A stretch of DNA of 64,000 nucleotides, taken from contig JADEYG010000004.1 in NCBI GenBank assembly GCA_016906335.1, forward strand, positions 806,001 to 870,000, read 5' to 3'. A program made the translations under genes and the position numbers. This document shows positions 22,400 to 35,508 of the stretch, piece by piece (position 1 is the stretch's first letter; the number at the start of each line of letters is the position of its first letter). Origin of the DNA: Novakomyces olei. Lineage: Eukaryota. The notes below the pieces were generated by a model. It made no database searches. It was not told the origin of the DNA and worked only from the letters and a program-made list of their open reading frames with translations.

Positions 22400-23049
22400 G
22401 ATTCAGGTTCTGGGGCAGAAAGTGGTGGATGGCCATGCCTTTATACAATGGATGTGTATTGACTAGTGGAGAAACTGAGACCTTCATTGCTAGCGCTTTG
22501 CATGTTTTGCGAAAGTGAACAGACTGTGTGTCGGGTTGGTGGTACTAAAGAAGGATTGCAAAGAGAACAAGGACACCAGACGCTTATGGGATTTTAAAGA
22601 AAACCAAAAAATGGGTGTCTGTGATGAATAGCTTTACTTGGGAGAATGATTTTTAAGAGGCATTAATAAAGGCTGTTTTTACAGAGACAGCTGCATATGG
22701 TGAGAAGGCGACACAGAAGGGTTCCTCAATCCGTCAGAAAAGCTTTTCAAGGTCCCAGGCCCAAGTTGTGCATCGCGGAAAGGTCTCAAAGGCGCCAATC
22801 CAGATTGCTGTTTGCGCAATAGCGTATGGGAATATTATTGAAAAGAGGGCGAAATGAAACATAAATTAAAAGGGAATCTGGTAACTTTCCCAAGGCTCGG
22901 ATTAAACATACTGATACAGAGCAAGGTGAATTCAGGGGAGAAAATGCAATTGGCAAAGAACGGGATATGTGATTAAGGGAAACACCGATTTTCCCGATAG
23001 CATAAAGACAGCGTAGGCCAGCCGATGGACCAGCTGAATCACTAAAATT

Positions 23050-23379
23050 ATGAAGAGCGTATTGATCGTATTGGCGCTGTCTAGTGCCCTTGTAGCGGCT
23101 CAGAGCGGATGGCGATATTCTGCTTGTGCCACAGTAGCGGAAGTCTCAGTCACCGCTCTAGGACGTGAATTGACTGGCCCTGCCTGTTTGGCGTTTTGCG
23201 AACTACAGCACAAAAACACTGCTGCTCTAGGCGCTGATCTCTGTGCCTGTGGCGACACGAATTTCGTATTTATATCGCCTTCTACGCCAGCTTGTAAAAA
23301 GTGTGGAAGTGCTGGGGTGAACGGAGAATTCTTATGCGGAGACGGAGAATATTATGCGATTTATGAAAAAGATACTTGA
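23050..23379 (+). CDS. Small secreted Cys-rich protein with a divergent single WSC-like domain
   Basis: Signal peptide MKSVLIVLALSSALVAA, then WRYSAC..LTGPACLAFC..AALGADLCACGD..CKKCG..LCGDG..YAIY (8 Cys). A TATA-like CATAAA lies about 50 nt upstream. Confidence 0.78.
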   Translation: MKSVLIVLALSSALVAAQSGWRYSACATVAEVSVTALGRELTGPACLAFCELQHKNTAALGADLCACGDTNFVFISPSTPACKKCGSAGVNGEFLCGDGEYYAIYEKDT

Positions 23380-25534
23380 CTCGCCATCTAGTTGGCTTGT
23401 TGAGGCTTTTGAAAGCAACTATCATACTCAAAAATGCCGTCATTTGACTCTGCCGTTTAGACAATAGATTTACAGACAGTGTCAGGTCTTCATACAACCA
23501 AATCTCGTATTGCAGTGTCATCAATGCTAGCCAGGCAAGATGTGTTTCCTTCCTTTACGCGTATCTAAACGTCAATTATGTCTTTATAAGGGACTCTTGT
23601 GTTCATTGATTATGCAGCTTGAATGTAGCACCTAATAATAAACATAAATCTATTGTAAATAATATTGTAAATAAATTGTAAATAATATTGTATTGTTATG
23701 AATATGAGGCGAATAGACGAATTTGATGATTTTATTTGAATACAGTATTACATGCCACAATTCAATTTCAGTAGTGCTTTGACGATGGAAACGAGTATTC
23801 TCAAACCGAGCAGGCTGCGACTGTGCTGCAATGCCTAAGGGCCATATTTAATAGAGCAATTTTTGTATCGTGATAGTATTACGATTAGAGCTTACAGTAA
23901 TTGCATACTGACCGAGATACTGGACGAAAACAATGGACAACGAATCGAAAAGGGTCTTGACAGGGATGTCTAGTCTGTTGGATATTTGCAATTCACCATT
24001 GTCGTCTACTTCCCATTCATCGAAAGAGAATCGATTTGAGACCAGGAAATTGAACGAAAAAAGGGGCAATTAAAAATTTGAACGAGCTACAATCAAGTGT
24101 AGCATTATTGGCAAGCCAGCCAATCGCTATATTGTTCATGAAATAAAACACCGCCGACCATAATCTCAAATCGAATGCTCAGCAAAACGACAGATGTTGT
24201 GTATACGAATACTATTAGTATACAGTTTTACGTTTATTTTATAAAAACACACTTTAAAAATCCCAAGTCCACGAGTGTGCTAGTATTTTCCGATTAGACG
24301 TAATATAGATTTGTTTCAGGCCACGCGGGCTAGATCTATTAGGGCAATACGGAACGGCAAGCCTTTTTGCGCTTAGCGCGTCGTGGACCGCGACGCGAAA
24401 CGTTTATCGCGAAGCCAATGTGCTTATCGGTAAAAAGCGGCGCGTAAGCACCAATAAAAATCCTCTATTTGACAGGCACGTGATCTGTATACTTATTCAG
24501 TAGGCCCACTCGGCGAATCAAGCCTAAAACGCTATCTGACAGGGTCCATGCAAACAAAGGTGAGGAGGTATAATAATGGCGCTGTCTGCTCGGTTCGCCG
24601 TCCCCTCGTTCGATCTCTCAAGTTTTAATTTTGCATTTTCTCGGGGCTTCCGTTACGCTCTTTTTATTGACTTTCCACTCGTGTCTGAGACATTTGAGTT
24701 TGGAGACGCATATTTCTTTCTGCGCTCTTTTAGTTTTGTGGATTGGTCCAAACAGCTTCTAGCTGTCGCTCTCGTATTTCTCGTGCTCGGGACACAGATA
24801 TATGACAGCGCTTTAAAGTTCGGGTACACTATTCAATTTAGGTTCATTGATCGACACATTGGCTCTAGTGCCTCCTGTGACACAAAGCTGGACGGAGATA
24901 AGCTGGACGCGACAACCTCTTGCCAATAATAAAGCTCGTCTAAAGATTCCGAGAATACAGAGTTGCCTGGCTCACCAATCTATCTAAAGCAATAAAGGCA
25001 TTGGTGGACGGATACATTAGTCATCGGCACTAACGCTCTCTTGCCACGTTTTTCGCTCTTTTACCAAACTTTTGCCGCTCTTTACCCATACTATTAGGAC
25101 GTCTGTGACTTTTTGAAACTGTGTGTCTTGCTTGTAGTCGTTCTGGGTTTGGATACAAGCAGCCCTCGGCAAATTTTCTCTCTTTTCACTGGCAGATTTG
25201 TGTCTAGGCACGCTCCACGGCAATTGCCTTTGACTAGCGACTCTTTGTATTTTAAGCCCGAATTTTTGAATATCGTTGTACGATCTCTGTTATTCTGTTA
25301 CACCTGGACAGCAATTGTTCATTCTTTCCTGCACAATTGTCTCGAGCAGGTTACACTTTATCATTTCGACTTTGGTGCTTGCTCTTTGCCTTGTGCATCA
25401 TTTCTCATCTGTCCTACGCTCCGCAGATCTGTTGCACAAGCCGTTTGGTTCAAGTGAACTTTTTGATCAGTCTAAACCTGGGCTTTTTATTATAAAAGAA
25501 GCCTTGTGCCAAAGGCTTTGATACTCTATCAACA

Positions 25535-28245
25535 ATGAATACTATATTTCAGTGTACACTACTCTTCTCGCTGCTGCACGCAGCAGCCGCCTTTTGGCGG
25601 TTGCCCTGTGACAATGAGCTCACTATAGAGCGTCTGGACCCTCTTATCAACCCTGGCATTGTTTCGGGTCACACGCATATTGTTATGGGCGCATCAAACT
25701 TTAGCAAAGAAGTTTCCTATGAGGATCTTCGTGCCAGTCAGTGCACATCTTGCGCAGTAGGTGTTTTTGATGGTTCCTCTCTCTCTACAATTTATTACAT
25801 ATTTCGAGTCTTGCTCTTGAAACTTGTTTGTGGCGTATTTGACATTACAAAGCCTATGAAAATCAACTTTGATCCATGCTCATTCACTAACCCTTTCTCT
25901 TTACATTTCTGTAACGATCTATTAATGACAATGATCAATTGACGTTCTTTCCTTAGTTTTTGACTCTTGTTTCATACATTATCGGCTTTTTTTGTTTTTG
26001 TTTTTCTTCCTCTTTCTCTTTTTTCCTTTGCCTTCTAATCTAATTTCAGGTTGTGGAAGACATGTCCAACTACTGGATCCCCCAGCTGTACTACCAGTTC
26101 CCGAACGGATCATTCAACAGTGTCAGTCACGTGGGCGGCTCACTAGTCTACTACCTGCAGCGCCGCGACACTCCTGACGAAAAAGTATTCGCTTTCCCAC
26201 CCGGGTTCCGTATGATCTCGGGCAATCCGATGCTGCGATCGTACAATGCCTCTTCGCTAGCGCAAAGAGCAATATCCTTTGCCTGCTTGGACTACTCCCA
26301 CCCATCGCCAGAGACGCCCTACTTGCCCAAGCAAGCTTGTCCGCAAGGCTTGAGGGCACAGGTGCTCTTCCCTTCTTGCTGGGACGGTGTCAACGTTGAC
26401 ATGGATGATCATCATTCTCACATGGCTTTCCCCTCTAATGTGGATTCTGGCAAATGCCCTCCCTCTCACCCGAAACGACTCGTTACCCTGTTTTACGAGA
26501 CAACGTACGACGTCAGCGCATACGGCGACGCAATGTCGGGGCTCGTGTTTGCCATGGGAGACCCCACTGGGTACGGGTACCATGGAGATTTCATCAATGG
26601 ATGGGACGTTGATGTGCTACAAAAAGCCGTGGATAACTGTAATGCCGAGTCTGGTGTAATCAACGAGTGCCCTTATTTCACACTCAAAGGCAACAACAAC
26701 TGCCGGCGGACGCGTACGGTTTACGAACGTGTGATTGGCTCAGAGTTTGAAAAACTGCCCGGGTGCAATAACGTTACCAAGGGCCCTGATAATGCAGAGA
26801 TGATTATCTGCCCGGCGGAGACCATCCAGGCCTACGTTTACGAGGGCAAAGTGCCTCCGCCTGAAGCTCGTCGATTGCCTGGGGAGCTAGAGTTTGTCAT
26901 GCAGCCTGATTTTGCAGAATACGAGGACTGCTACCGAGATACTGCGGCCGATGGCCAAGCAAGACTGCTCCCGAACCTGGTCACTTCTGGCCCAATGCTT
27001 ACAGTGCAATCGTGCATATCTGCCGCCAAAGAAAAGGGCCACAAGTACGCTGGTATTGAGTATGGCCAAGAGTGCTGGGCCGGAGACTCTCTGCCTGCCT
27101 CCGCAGCGCCCATTTCCTATCAGAATTGCTACATGTCTTGCACGGGCAACGATACACAGTACTGTGGAGGGCCCAATGCTCTGACTGTGTATAGCATCAA
27201 GGACGGAGCTCTTGGCGATAGTCCTCAGGTCAGCTCCTCTGCTTCCAAGGAGGCCGCTAGTCAAACAACCCTCAGTCAAGCCAGTCAGACTAGTCTGGAG
27301 ACTATACGGACCAGCCAGGCACCGAGCCAAACAAGTCAATCGCCGAGCCAAACAAGTCAATCGCCGAGCCAAACGAGTCAATCGCCGAGCCAAACAAGTC
27401 AATCGCCGAGCCAAACAAGTCAATCGCCGAGCCAAACAAGTCAATCGCCGAGCCAAACAAGTCAATCGCCGAGCCAAACAAGTCAATCGCCGAGCCAAAC
27501 AAGTCAAGCTGCTAATCAAAACAGCGAGACTACAGCTGCTTCCACTACTGCGTCCAGTGCAGCGGACACGCCAGAACCATCTTCGCCCTCAGAGGGCGGC
27601 AGTTGGACCTACAAGGGCTGTTTTACGGATGCTGAGGGCGGTCAGCGTGCGTTGCAACGCAACTTGAACGTTCCCAGTGCTATAACGGTACAGGACTGTA
27701 TTGACGCCTGTGGATCTTCTCGCTACGCTGGTATGGAGTACGCAAGCGAATGCTACTGCGGCAACGATATAAACTACCCGAATACTCTGGCACAGGACAG
27801 CTCTTCTTGTAATATGGCCTGCTCTGGGGATGCAGACTCTGTTTGTGGAGGACCCGTGCGCCTTTCCGTCTGGGAAAACCCTGATTATAAGCCTGAAGTA
27901 ACGGTGCAGACGGGCATTGAGGAATGGGAGTATAAGGGGTGCTTCATGGACAGGCTGAACGCTCGTACACTGAAAGGCGGCTATTACGCTGCCGATTCTT
28001 TGACTGTTGACCTATGCCTGAGCTATTGCAAGACAACAAAGTTTTCAATGGCGGGATTGGAGTACGGAACACAATGCTTTTGCGGAGACGAGATCGCGTC
28101 CGAATTTAACTTGAGTCTGTCGCAAGGCAAAGGTGTCTTTTCTGACGCAGCTATTGGCTGTGATATGCCGTGTGGTGGCGATTCTTCCCATTTCTGTGGA
28201 GGACCGGTGCGCATGAACGTCTACAGTCTCACGTCGGAATCGTAG
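25535..28245 (+). CDS. Secreted DUF1996 + three WSC domain protein, 2 exons (25535-25757, 26051-28245)
   Basis: Signal peptide, ERLDPLINPG..GHTH..GASNF, CTSCA|VVEDMSNYWIPQL, FPSCWDG and HGDFINGWD. Three YAGxEYGxECxCG..C.M.C.G..CGG repeats. Confidence 0.93.
27322..27507 (+). repeat. 21-bp coding tandem repeat (SPSQTSQ) x about 9
   Basis: CCGAGCCAAACAAGTCAATCG units encode a Ser/Thr/Gln linker. Confidence 0.95.
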
Positions 28246-28767
28246 GAAAAGGTATTGTGGACGCTGCAAACGTTCTTCATACTTTTCTGATTAGAACTCG
28301 ATAAGGGTCTTGCCGGACGTTACATGCTTATTCTTCCTTCCTTGTCTTGGTCCAATAAGCATTTGAGCGTTTACTGATTTTGGTTTGCATTTTAATGCTT
28401 TTGCAATTGAATTGTTTTGTTTTGTTTTGATGTTGCTGGGATTTCCAGTACATAGTCCGATCTTTTCTGATTTGTCTGGTTGAAAGCTTTGAAATGCCGT
28501 TTTCTCATTCTCTGGCGTACAAACATGCAATTGATGTTCACAAATATGGTCTTTCCCGAGATTTGCGTTATAATCCTTTGATATACCTTAGCCCAGCGTT
28601 CGTCGATTCGATAATATAGGCGTCATTTAAACTAACAAGATCATGCTTTGCATCGATACAAGTTCTGTAAATGGATCTCATATGATGGTCCCTGACTAAT
28701 AGGCATATATAGTTTTTGTTGTAAAGATAATGCGGTGGCTATATAGTGAATCACTTGTAAAGTCAAC

Positions 28768-29040
28768 AATAAATACAATAAATACAATAAATACAATAAA
28801 TACAATAAATACAATAAATACAATAAATACAATAAATACAATAAATACAATAAATACAATAAATACAATAAATACAATAAATACAATAAATACAATAAAT
28901 ACAATAAATACAATAAATACAATAAATACAATAAATACAATAAATACAATAAATACAATAAATACAATAAATACAATAAATACAATAAATACAATAAATA
29001 CAATAAATACAATAAATACAATAAATACAATAAATACAAT
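28768..29040. repeat. (AATAAATAC)n microsatellite, about 30 units
   Basis: Perfect 9-mer array. Confidence 0.97.
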
Positions 29041-29185
29041 AAAATAAAACACCAATTAAAAACTTTAGATAGCTAAAACGCCGTAATATTATTCATATCC
29101 CTCATATACTTGCCGGCGGTCGATACACACACATCCACCGGACGCTCAAGGGCTGTAGCACCGACGCACTCTACATTGATTAAGC

Positions 29186-29459
29186 ATGGCGCCAACTTTT
29201 AGATCGTCGCCGTGGCATCGTGCGTAAGTCTTACCATATTATACGGATCCTTTTCCGCTGGTTGAAAGGACACAATTTAATGTAGGGAAGATCTAACATT
29301 CACTCTAGTGATGAATGGCGAATTCAAACTATTTTTACACGGTACAATCGGTTCCGGAACGCTCTTCCCGGATTTGGAATTGCAACTGTAGCTTTTGCTG
29401 CGTATGTTGCCTATGACGAATTAGTGGCAGAGGATAAAGGCGGGCACGAGCATCACTAG
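29186..29459 (+). CDS. NADH:ubiquinone oxidoreductase B12 subunit (NDUFB3), 2 exons; not in the ORF track
   Basis: MAPTFRSSPWHRA|DEWRIQTIFTRYNRFRNALPGFGIATVAFAAYVAYDELVAEDKGGHEHH fits the PW..E.WR..F+R.NRF..PG.GIATVAF family pattern. Intron gtaagt..ctaac..tag. Confidence 0.9.
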
Positions 29460-29973
29460 TGTGCCTTTTCCATTAGAACTAAATAACGAAAAGGGCGGCA
29501 AGAGCCGCAAGAGCCGCACATGTGCTGATCAATATACCTATATGTAATTTTCTGAAAGTCCGTGTCTATATGCAATTAGATCAAGCGATTTACTCTGGTT
29601 GTTGTGTACACAAAGTCCACCTTTACTTCTTACTGCTAGTATGATTTTGGCAAATTGATCAAGTATTTATACGCTCACGTTGCTCATCATTTATTTTCTA
29701 GCCGTTCAAGACAGTTTAGAATTTATTGTATCTACTGTATATTGCCACACCCCAACAATTCTTGGTTAACGTTGCGTTCTTTTTTAATACTACATAGAGC
29801 CACAGATAGTTCATTTTACAGACAACGAAACATAAGTCAGACCGACGAGTACTAAGCCAAAAAGAGGATGAAATAACAAATAATAGAGGATTACAACACG
29901 CTCACAGGTAAATAGCATACTCGAACCTGATTTGTATAGGACATGTACCAATACAGAACATTCGCCTATTCCT

Positions 29974-31665
29974 CTACTCAACCTCGACACCCTTCTCCCT
30001 CATACGATCAGCCAGATTCGCAGCAATTGCACTGCCTACAGAGCTTCCGTCCTTCACTGGACCCAAACGTACTACCTTTTCCACTTGACTGTTCAACATG
30101 GCCATAGTCTTGCGCAAAAGTTCCTGAAAGTGAGGGTAGTACTCCACTACAGATCCGTCAAGTCCGATATCTACAATATCGTCATTTTCATGTCCTGTAT
30201 TTTCCACAATAGCCACGATTGGGATAGCGCTTAGCTGTGCCGAGCGGAGTCCAATGGCGTCAGACACACGTTTAAGTCCCCGACGAACTTGAGGCGTAAG
30301 CAAATGAGCCGGAATATGAAGGAATTCTGATAAAGTTTCCGCTGTTTTATCCAGACTAGCAGAAGCATCAGCGGCAATAAAAGACAAGGGTCGAGTGTCC
30401 ACCGACCAAGGCTTCACAGTCCGAGGGTCTGGTGTACCATCAAGCAGCTTTTTCTCAAAAAATTCCAATACAACACGCCTGAGCAGCTCGCCCAGGAACA
30501 TGCCACTAATCTTTTTCTCGTATACATTATGCCCAGGATTTGGTGAATCCGCGTCCAGATCAGCATCGTATTTATTAGGAGGACAAGCAGGCAATTCAGC
30601 TGCGCCCCATTCCGTATTTATAATCATAGAATCGGCACCTTGCACACGTTGCATTTTCTTGATTGCACTAACGTGCTCGACATAGGCACCGTTAGTCCCC
30701 GTGCCAAATATTGCCCCCATAAAAGTAGGGAATCGCTCATGAGTAGCGTAGGATCTGGCAATTAAAGTTCCCACTGTATCATTGACGAGTACGGAGACAG
30801 TGACAGGCAGTTTACGTTTCTGCAATTCCGTCTCCAGCAGCTCAACACAGTCTTTTCCGATGGCATCAGGAATATCATAGCCTTTATTCCAGCGCAAAAT
30901 GTATCCGCTGCGAACGTTCTGCTGACTAATAGGAAAAGAAAACGTGAAAGCCATGCTGAGCTTACTTTCATCATCCGCAACTTGAGGACCGTGGTACTTT
31001 TTCACAAAGTCCTGCACTCGATCCGCAATAAAGCCAAATAGGGTAGAGGCCTTTTCTGCTGTCATGATCTCTACAGGAACTGCGCATTTCTCTTGCACTG
31101 AATGCTGCCGTGAATTGCCCAACAATTCTACACTGCAAACACGCAGGTTCGTGCCTCCAAGGTCCAGGGCAAGGTACACACCTTTCTCGCTACCATCGGC
31201 AAGCTCCGTTACTGGAACACATTAGACAAATGAGAAGAATGAGAATGGAGAAGGCATACAGAGGAAAACTTCAAAGCCCAAATCCAATAAACAAAAAAAC
31301 AAAAAAACAAAAAACAAAAACCTAAACCAAGAAATAAATAATTAATTAAAAAAGATATCTATATATATAGAGTAAAAAAAAGGTAGCAGGGCTTTACCAA
31401 AAGTCGGAATCATGGTCATTGGCTGATCGCGTTTGCTCAATCCGATTTCTTTCAATTCACAATTGTTAGTCTTGTGGCGGGGTACTTTTCAATGGTGTCA
31501 CACGTACCCATCAAGGCCCGGAACTCGGTTACCCCGCGCCGAAGCTGGTCATCGCTATAAGTAAAAGCTTTGACAGTCTACAGAGTCAGTTTAGTCAGTT
31601 TAGTGTAACAGGAAAGAACATACTGCCTCAATGGCTTCTGCAAAGGCGCCCTCAGATACCGACAT
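29974..31665 (-). CDS. Hexokinase/glucokinase, 4 exons
   Basis: MTMIPTF|VTELADGSEKGVYLALDLGGTNLRV, AFTFSFP, VNDTVGTL, IFGTGTNGAY, INTEWG, ISGMFLGE, DGSVVEYYP and DGSSVGSA. Confidence 0.95.
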
Positions 31666-31928
31666 CCCGGTCTCGTGTGGTTTATCCTTGGACCATTATA
31701 CGTCATGTAAGGCGTGTATATATTACCGGACATCCTAGCAAACCATGCTATTAGACTAAAGCTTGACATTAACCCTAGGGCTTACATTTAGTCATATCCC
31801 CATATTCTCTAAAATTATTAAATCGTGCGACATTGTGAAACGCGAGTCTTGAATATTCATGTTTTCTGCTGAATCATGGCTCTGAAACGTTTCATCATGG
31901 CGCGATAAGGACCAATCTTACTTACAAA

Positions 31929-33053
31929 ATGTCCTTTCCCTTTGGAAATTTCCCAAATTATTACTCGATCCATAGCGGTCGACGGTTTCGAGCCGTCGAT
32001 TCGCGACTGTGTCGGCTGAATGCGTATTTTGGCAGTACTGAGGCCGATACAGTGTGTGAGCTGGCAATGGAAGCGTTCATGCGAAACAAAATCATACTCG
32101 ATATTGGCTGCAATAATGGAACTGTGACTACACAAATAGGTATGCTTTGAGCAATGCGTATTCATATTTAAAATTAAATGTTTATTTTGAACTTAAATGT
32201 TTATCTTGAAATTGTATATTTAATCAAGTCTGTAGGTCAATGGTTCGAACCTGGTTGCGTGCATGGAATCGATTTGGATCACCGGCTGATACGAAAAGCG
32301 TACGCTCACTTGCGACACGTATACTCACGAGCACGACCACAAACGAGCCGTAGATCGAGCGCCAAGCGCGTAAGAGTATCTTCAGAAGAGCGTGCTCCAG
32401 AAGCGCTGTACTTTCCCATTTCTGCTCTGAAAAAGTATGGTCTTAGGCCGCTGTCTGCATCAAAATCTGTACAAGAGGCCAAGGAATCACCAGGGTTCCC
32501 GGGGAACGTGTTTTTCCAGACGGCTGAAGTTTTGCATGGCTTTGAGCCCGCGTGCAAGTATGACACAATTTTCTGGTATGCTACATGTTCTTTAATTTAA
32601 TTTAATTTAAGTTCATTTAAGTTCATTTTTTTATTGAATATTTTTGTTATAAATACGCAATTGCTCTTCTTATCATCTCCATTATTTTGATAGTGAACAA
32701 ATTAATTTTCAGCACACTAACTCATTCCCAGTCTGAGCTTAACGAAATGGATTCATCTGAATCACGGTGACCAAGGTATTCTTGAATTTTTCGACAAATT
32801 GGCTCGTTTGCTTGCGCCAGGTGGATACCTAATTCTCGAACCGCAATATCTTGCTAGCTATACGAACGCGGCAAAGGCAAATCCTAGTTTAGCTGCGCGT
32901 TTACCTCAATTACAGCTTTGTGCTGAACGGGACTTTGACACTTTGTTACGGCAACGAGGGTTTGAGCCGTTGGAACACAACACAATAACAACTGAACCTG
33001 ATGGTCGGCCAAAGAGAGATATTCTTGTCTACCGGATGCAAAGCGTGGTCTAG
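31929..33053 (+). CDS. BMC1: Bin3/MePCE-family RNA methylphosphate capping enzyme (Bmc1-like), 3 exons
   Basis: FGNFPNYY, ILDIGCNNG, GIDLDHRLI, YDTIF|.LSLTKWIHLNHGDQG and GGYLILEPQ. Confidence 0.92.
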
Positions 33054-33519
33054 TCTAGACAGATTTGTAAACTAATAGTCAAGCAAAACGGCTGTGCTTT
33101 CCCTTATAGGCTTTTTGAACTTGCTGTGTAGAAATTTGAATTTAACAATTCGTTGCCTTTTGGCTGATGATGACCGTCTTGTTGAACTCGTGCCCACAAT
33201 GCTAATCTAGCTCGGATTTTCTATACTAATTAAACTACACAAAGTCGAGAGAATAAATATGAAGTAAATAAGCGAATAAAATATCAGTGTCATAAACTCG
33301 AGATTTGGAACCATATTTCCCAGCTTATTTGAGTAGACGAGTTATATGAATTCTATAAAAAAAATGAATTGTAATTATAGAGGAAAAGTAATTAATGTAA
33401 TAGACATCGTTGATATACTGAGCGCGATACTGAGACTTGTTAATAAATTATTAAATACGTGCACGTCTCCATACACAGCAGAATTCAAGGGACACGTACG
33501 ACGCGTTGAGCGAGCCGTA

Positions 33520-34899
33520 ATGTCGCTATGGTAAATCGAGCAAATAATTGGACTGAATACTGACGTATATTAGGGTCGACAAGTACCGTCCGCGGACGCT
33601 CGAGCAAACTCATTATCATACAGAATTGGCTAAACGGTTATCGGTCTTGGTAGGCGGTCCCACACCTGTCTATTTTTATTTATTTTGGGTGCCTTTGAAG
33701 CAGCGTTGCAAAACTAACAATTAAACCGAACAGGCGCATTCCGGAGATTTTCCTCATCTTTTGGTATATGGGCCGTCTGGTGCGGGCAAGAAAACACGTG
33801 TTGTTGGCGTTCTACGAGAGCTTTATGGCCCCGGTGTGGAGAAGGTACTTTAAGTCACGTTTTTCTGCTAAATGCCTATACTAAGATGTAAAAGCTCAAA
33901 ATGGATCAGCGAATCTTTATGACAACAACAAATCGGAAACTGGAGCTAAACATTATTTCGTCAAATTATCATTTGGAACTGACGCCCTCTGATGTCGGGA
34001 ATTACGACAGAGTTGTTATCTCTGAATTGCTTAAAGATATCGCACAGACATCGCAGATTGACGCAAATGCAAAACAGCACTTTAAAGTGGTTGTAATAAA
34101 TGAGGCAGACTCCCTGACTCGGGAGGCGCAGGCCGCCCTGAGACGCACAATGGAGAAATATTCGCCTAATATTCGTCTCATTCTAATCGCCAGTTCGACA
34201 GCCAAAATTCTGGCTCCTATTCGATCACGTACTCTACTTGTCCGTGTTGCCGCTCCAACGAAGCCGGACATTGTCCGCGTACTTAATGCCGTAGCAGCAA
34301 AGGAGCGGGCGTCACCTTCTACAAAACTATGTGAACGAATCGCAGACGAATCGAACCGCAACTTGCGTCGAGCTGTTCTCATGCTTGAAACAGCTTTCTC
34401 TAGCGAGTAAGTTTTTAGAGGATAACATTGTGTAATCGCAGATTTATCTAATCGCGCAGCCAACAATTGCCTGACGACTTGGAGATTGCGCCACCGGATT
34501 GGGAGGTTTACATTGACATGATGGTGGCTAATATGCTACGTGAGCAATCTGCCCAACAGATTCTTAAAGTTCGAAGCATGCTGTATGATTTGCTGACCCA
34601 TTGTATACCAGCCGCTATAATCCTCAAGGTAAGTGAGGCTATTCTGTTCGAGCGATTTGCTCCAAAGCCTATACAATTTCAATGCTTTTTGCAGCTTCGG
34701 AAAATTTATTATTCAATTCTATGATCTAAGCTAATCATAGACAACCGTTCTCAAATTGCTTCCGCGAGTAGATGCAGCATTACGGCCAGAGATTGTACAC
34801 GCCGCGGCGTTTTGTGAACACCGGATCCACCAGGGCGCCAAGGTGATTTTTCATTTGGAGGCCTTTGTAGCTCGCTTTATGAAGATTTTGGCTGCGTAA
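33520..34899 (+). CDS. RFC5: Replication factor C subunit 5 (fungal Rfc5, equivalent to human RFC3), multi-exon
   Basis: [54 protein letters not shown] and [14 protein letters not shown]. Confidence 0.96.
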
Positions 34900-35163
34900 G
34901 TTGCAAAGCTCAGTGGACCATGCTGACCAAAAGTTACTTGATGGGAATCGATACGGATTAAGCTTGTATAATATTATATGACTGTTAGACAACAGACAAT
35001 GGTAGAGACGATGGCCAAATCATTATACTTTCTTTACCCAGCCTAAACTTTTTCCATGCCTTTAATGCTTGGTTCCAAAAGATACAGGGATTCCAATTGT
35101 TAGATTCCGTTTCCTTAAATACCTGAATTCAGCCATTTGCTTTGAGCCAGCATTGCACTTTGC

Positions 35164-35317
<154 letters not shown>

Positions 35318-35508
35318 TAATGTTATTAATGTATTGCTTACAAATTAGTGTTTGAAAAATTATCAGATCACTAATCAGATCCTCCGGTCAACCCACCTCT
35401 AAATACATCATCACTAAAGCGCCGGCAACTCGTCATTCAACGGGACTCTATACCCGTCCATCCGACAAAGTGATTCGGCGAACGAGTTCCCCATTGTTGC
35501 GAACGGCA

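Noticed and set aside
23763-23873. Possible WSC pseudogene fragment (QFQ*CFDD..TVLQCLRA)
   Set aside because: Only two cysteines match, with no signal peptide or downstream CxC/CG. It is indistinguishable from chance.
24576-25521. ORFs of 117, 114 and 81 aa upstream of the DUF1996 gene
   Set aside because: T-rich, Phe/Leu/Ser-biased translations with no recognisable motif. They are more likely promoter, 5'UTR or intron sequence.
28641-29055. ORFs of (LYL)n, (FIV)n and (INT)n; similar ones at 17351-17874, 35069-35320, 37685-37867, 44278-44799 and 52906-53403
   Set aside because: These are translations of stop-free microsatellites, not genes.
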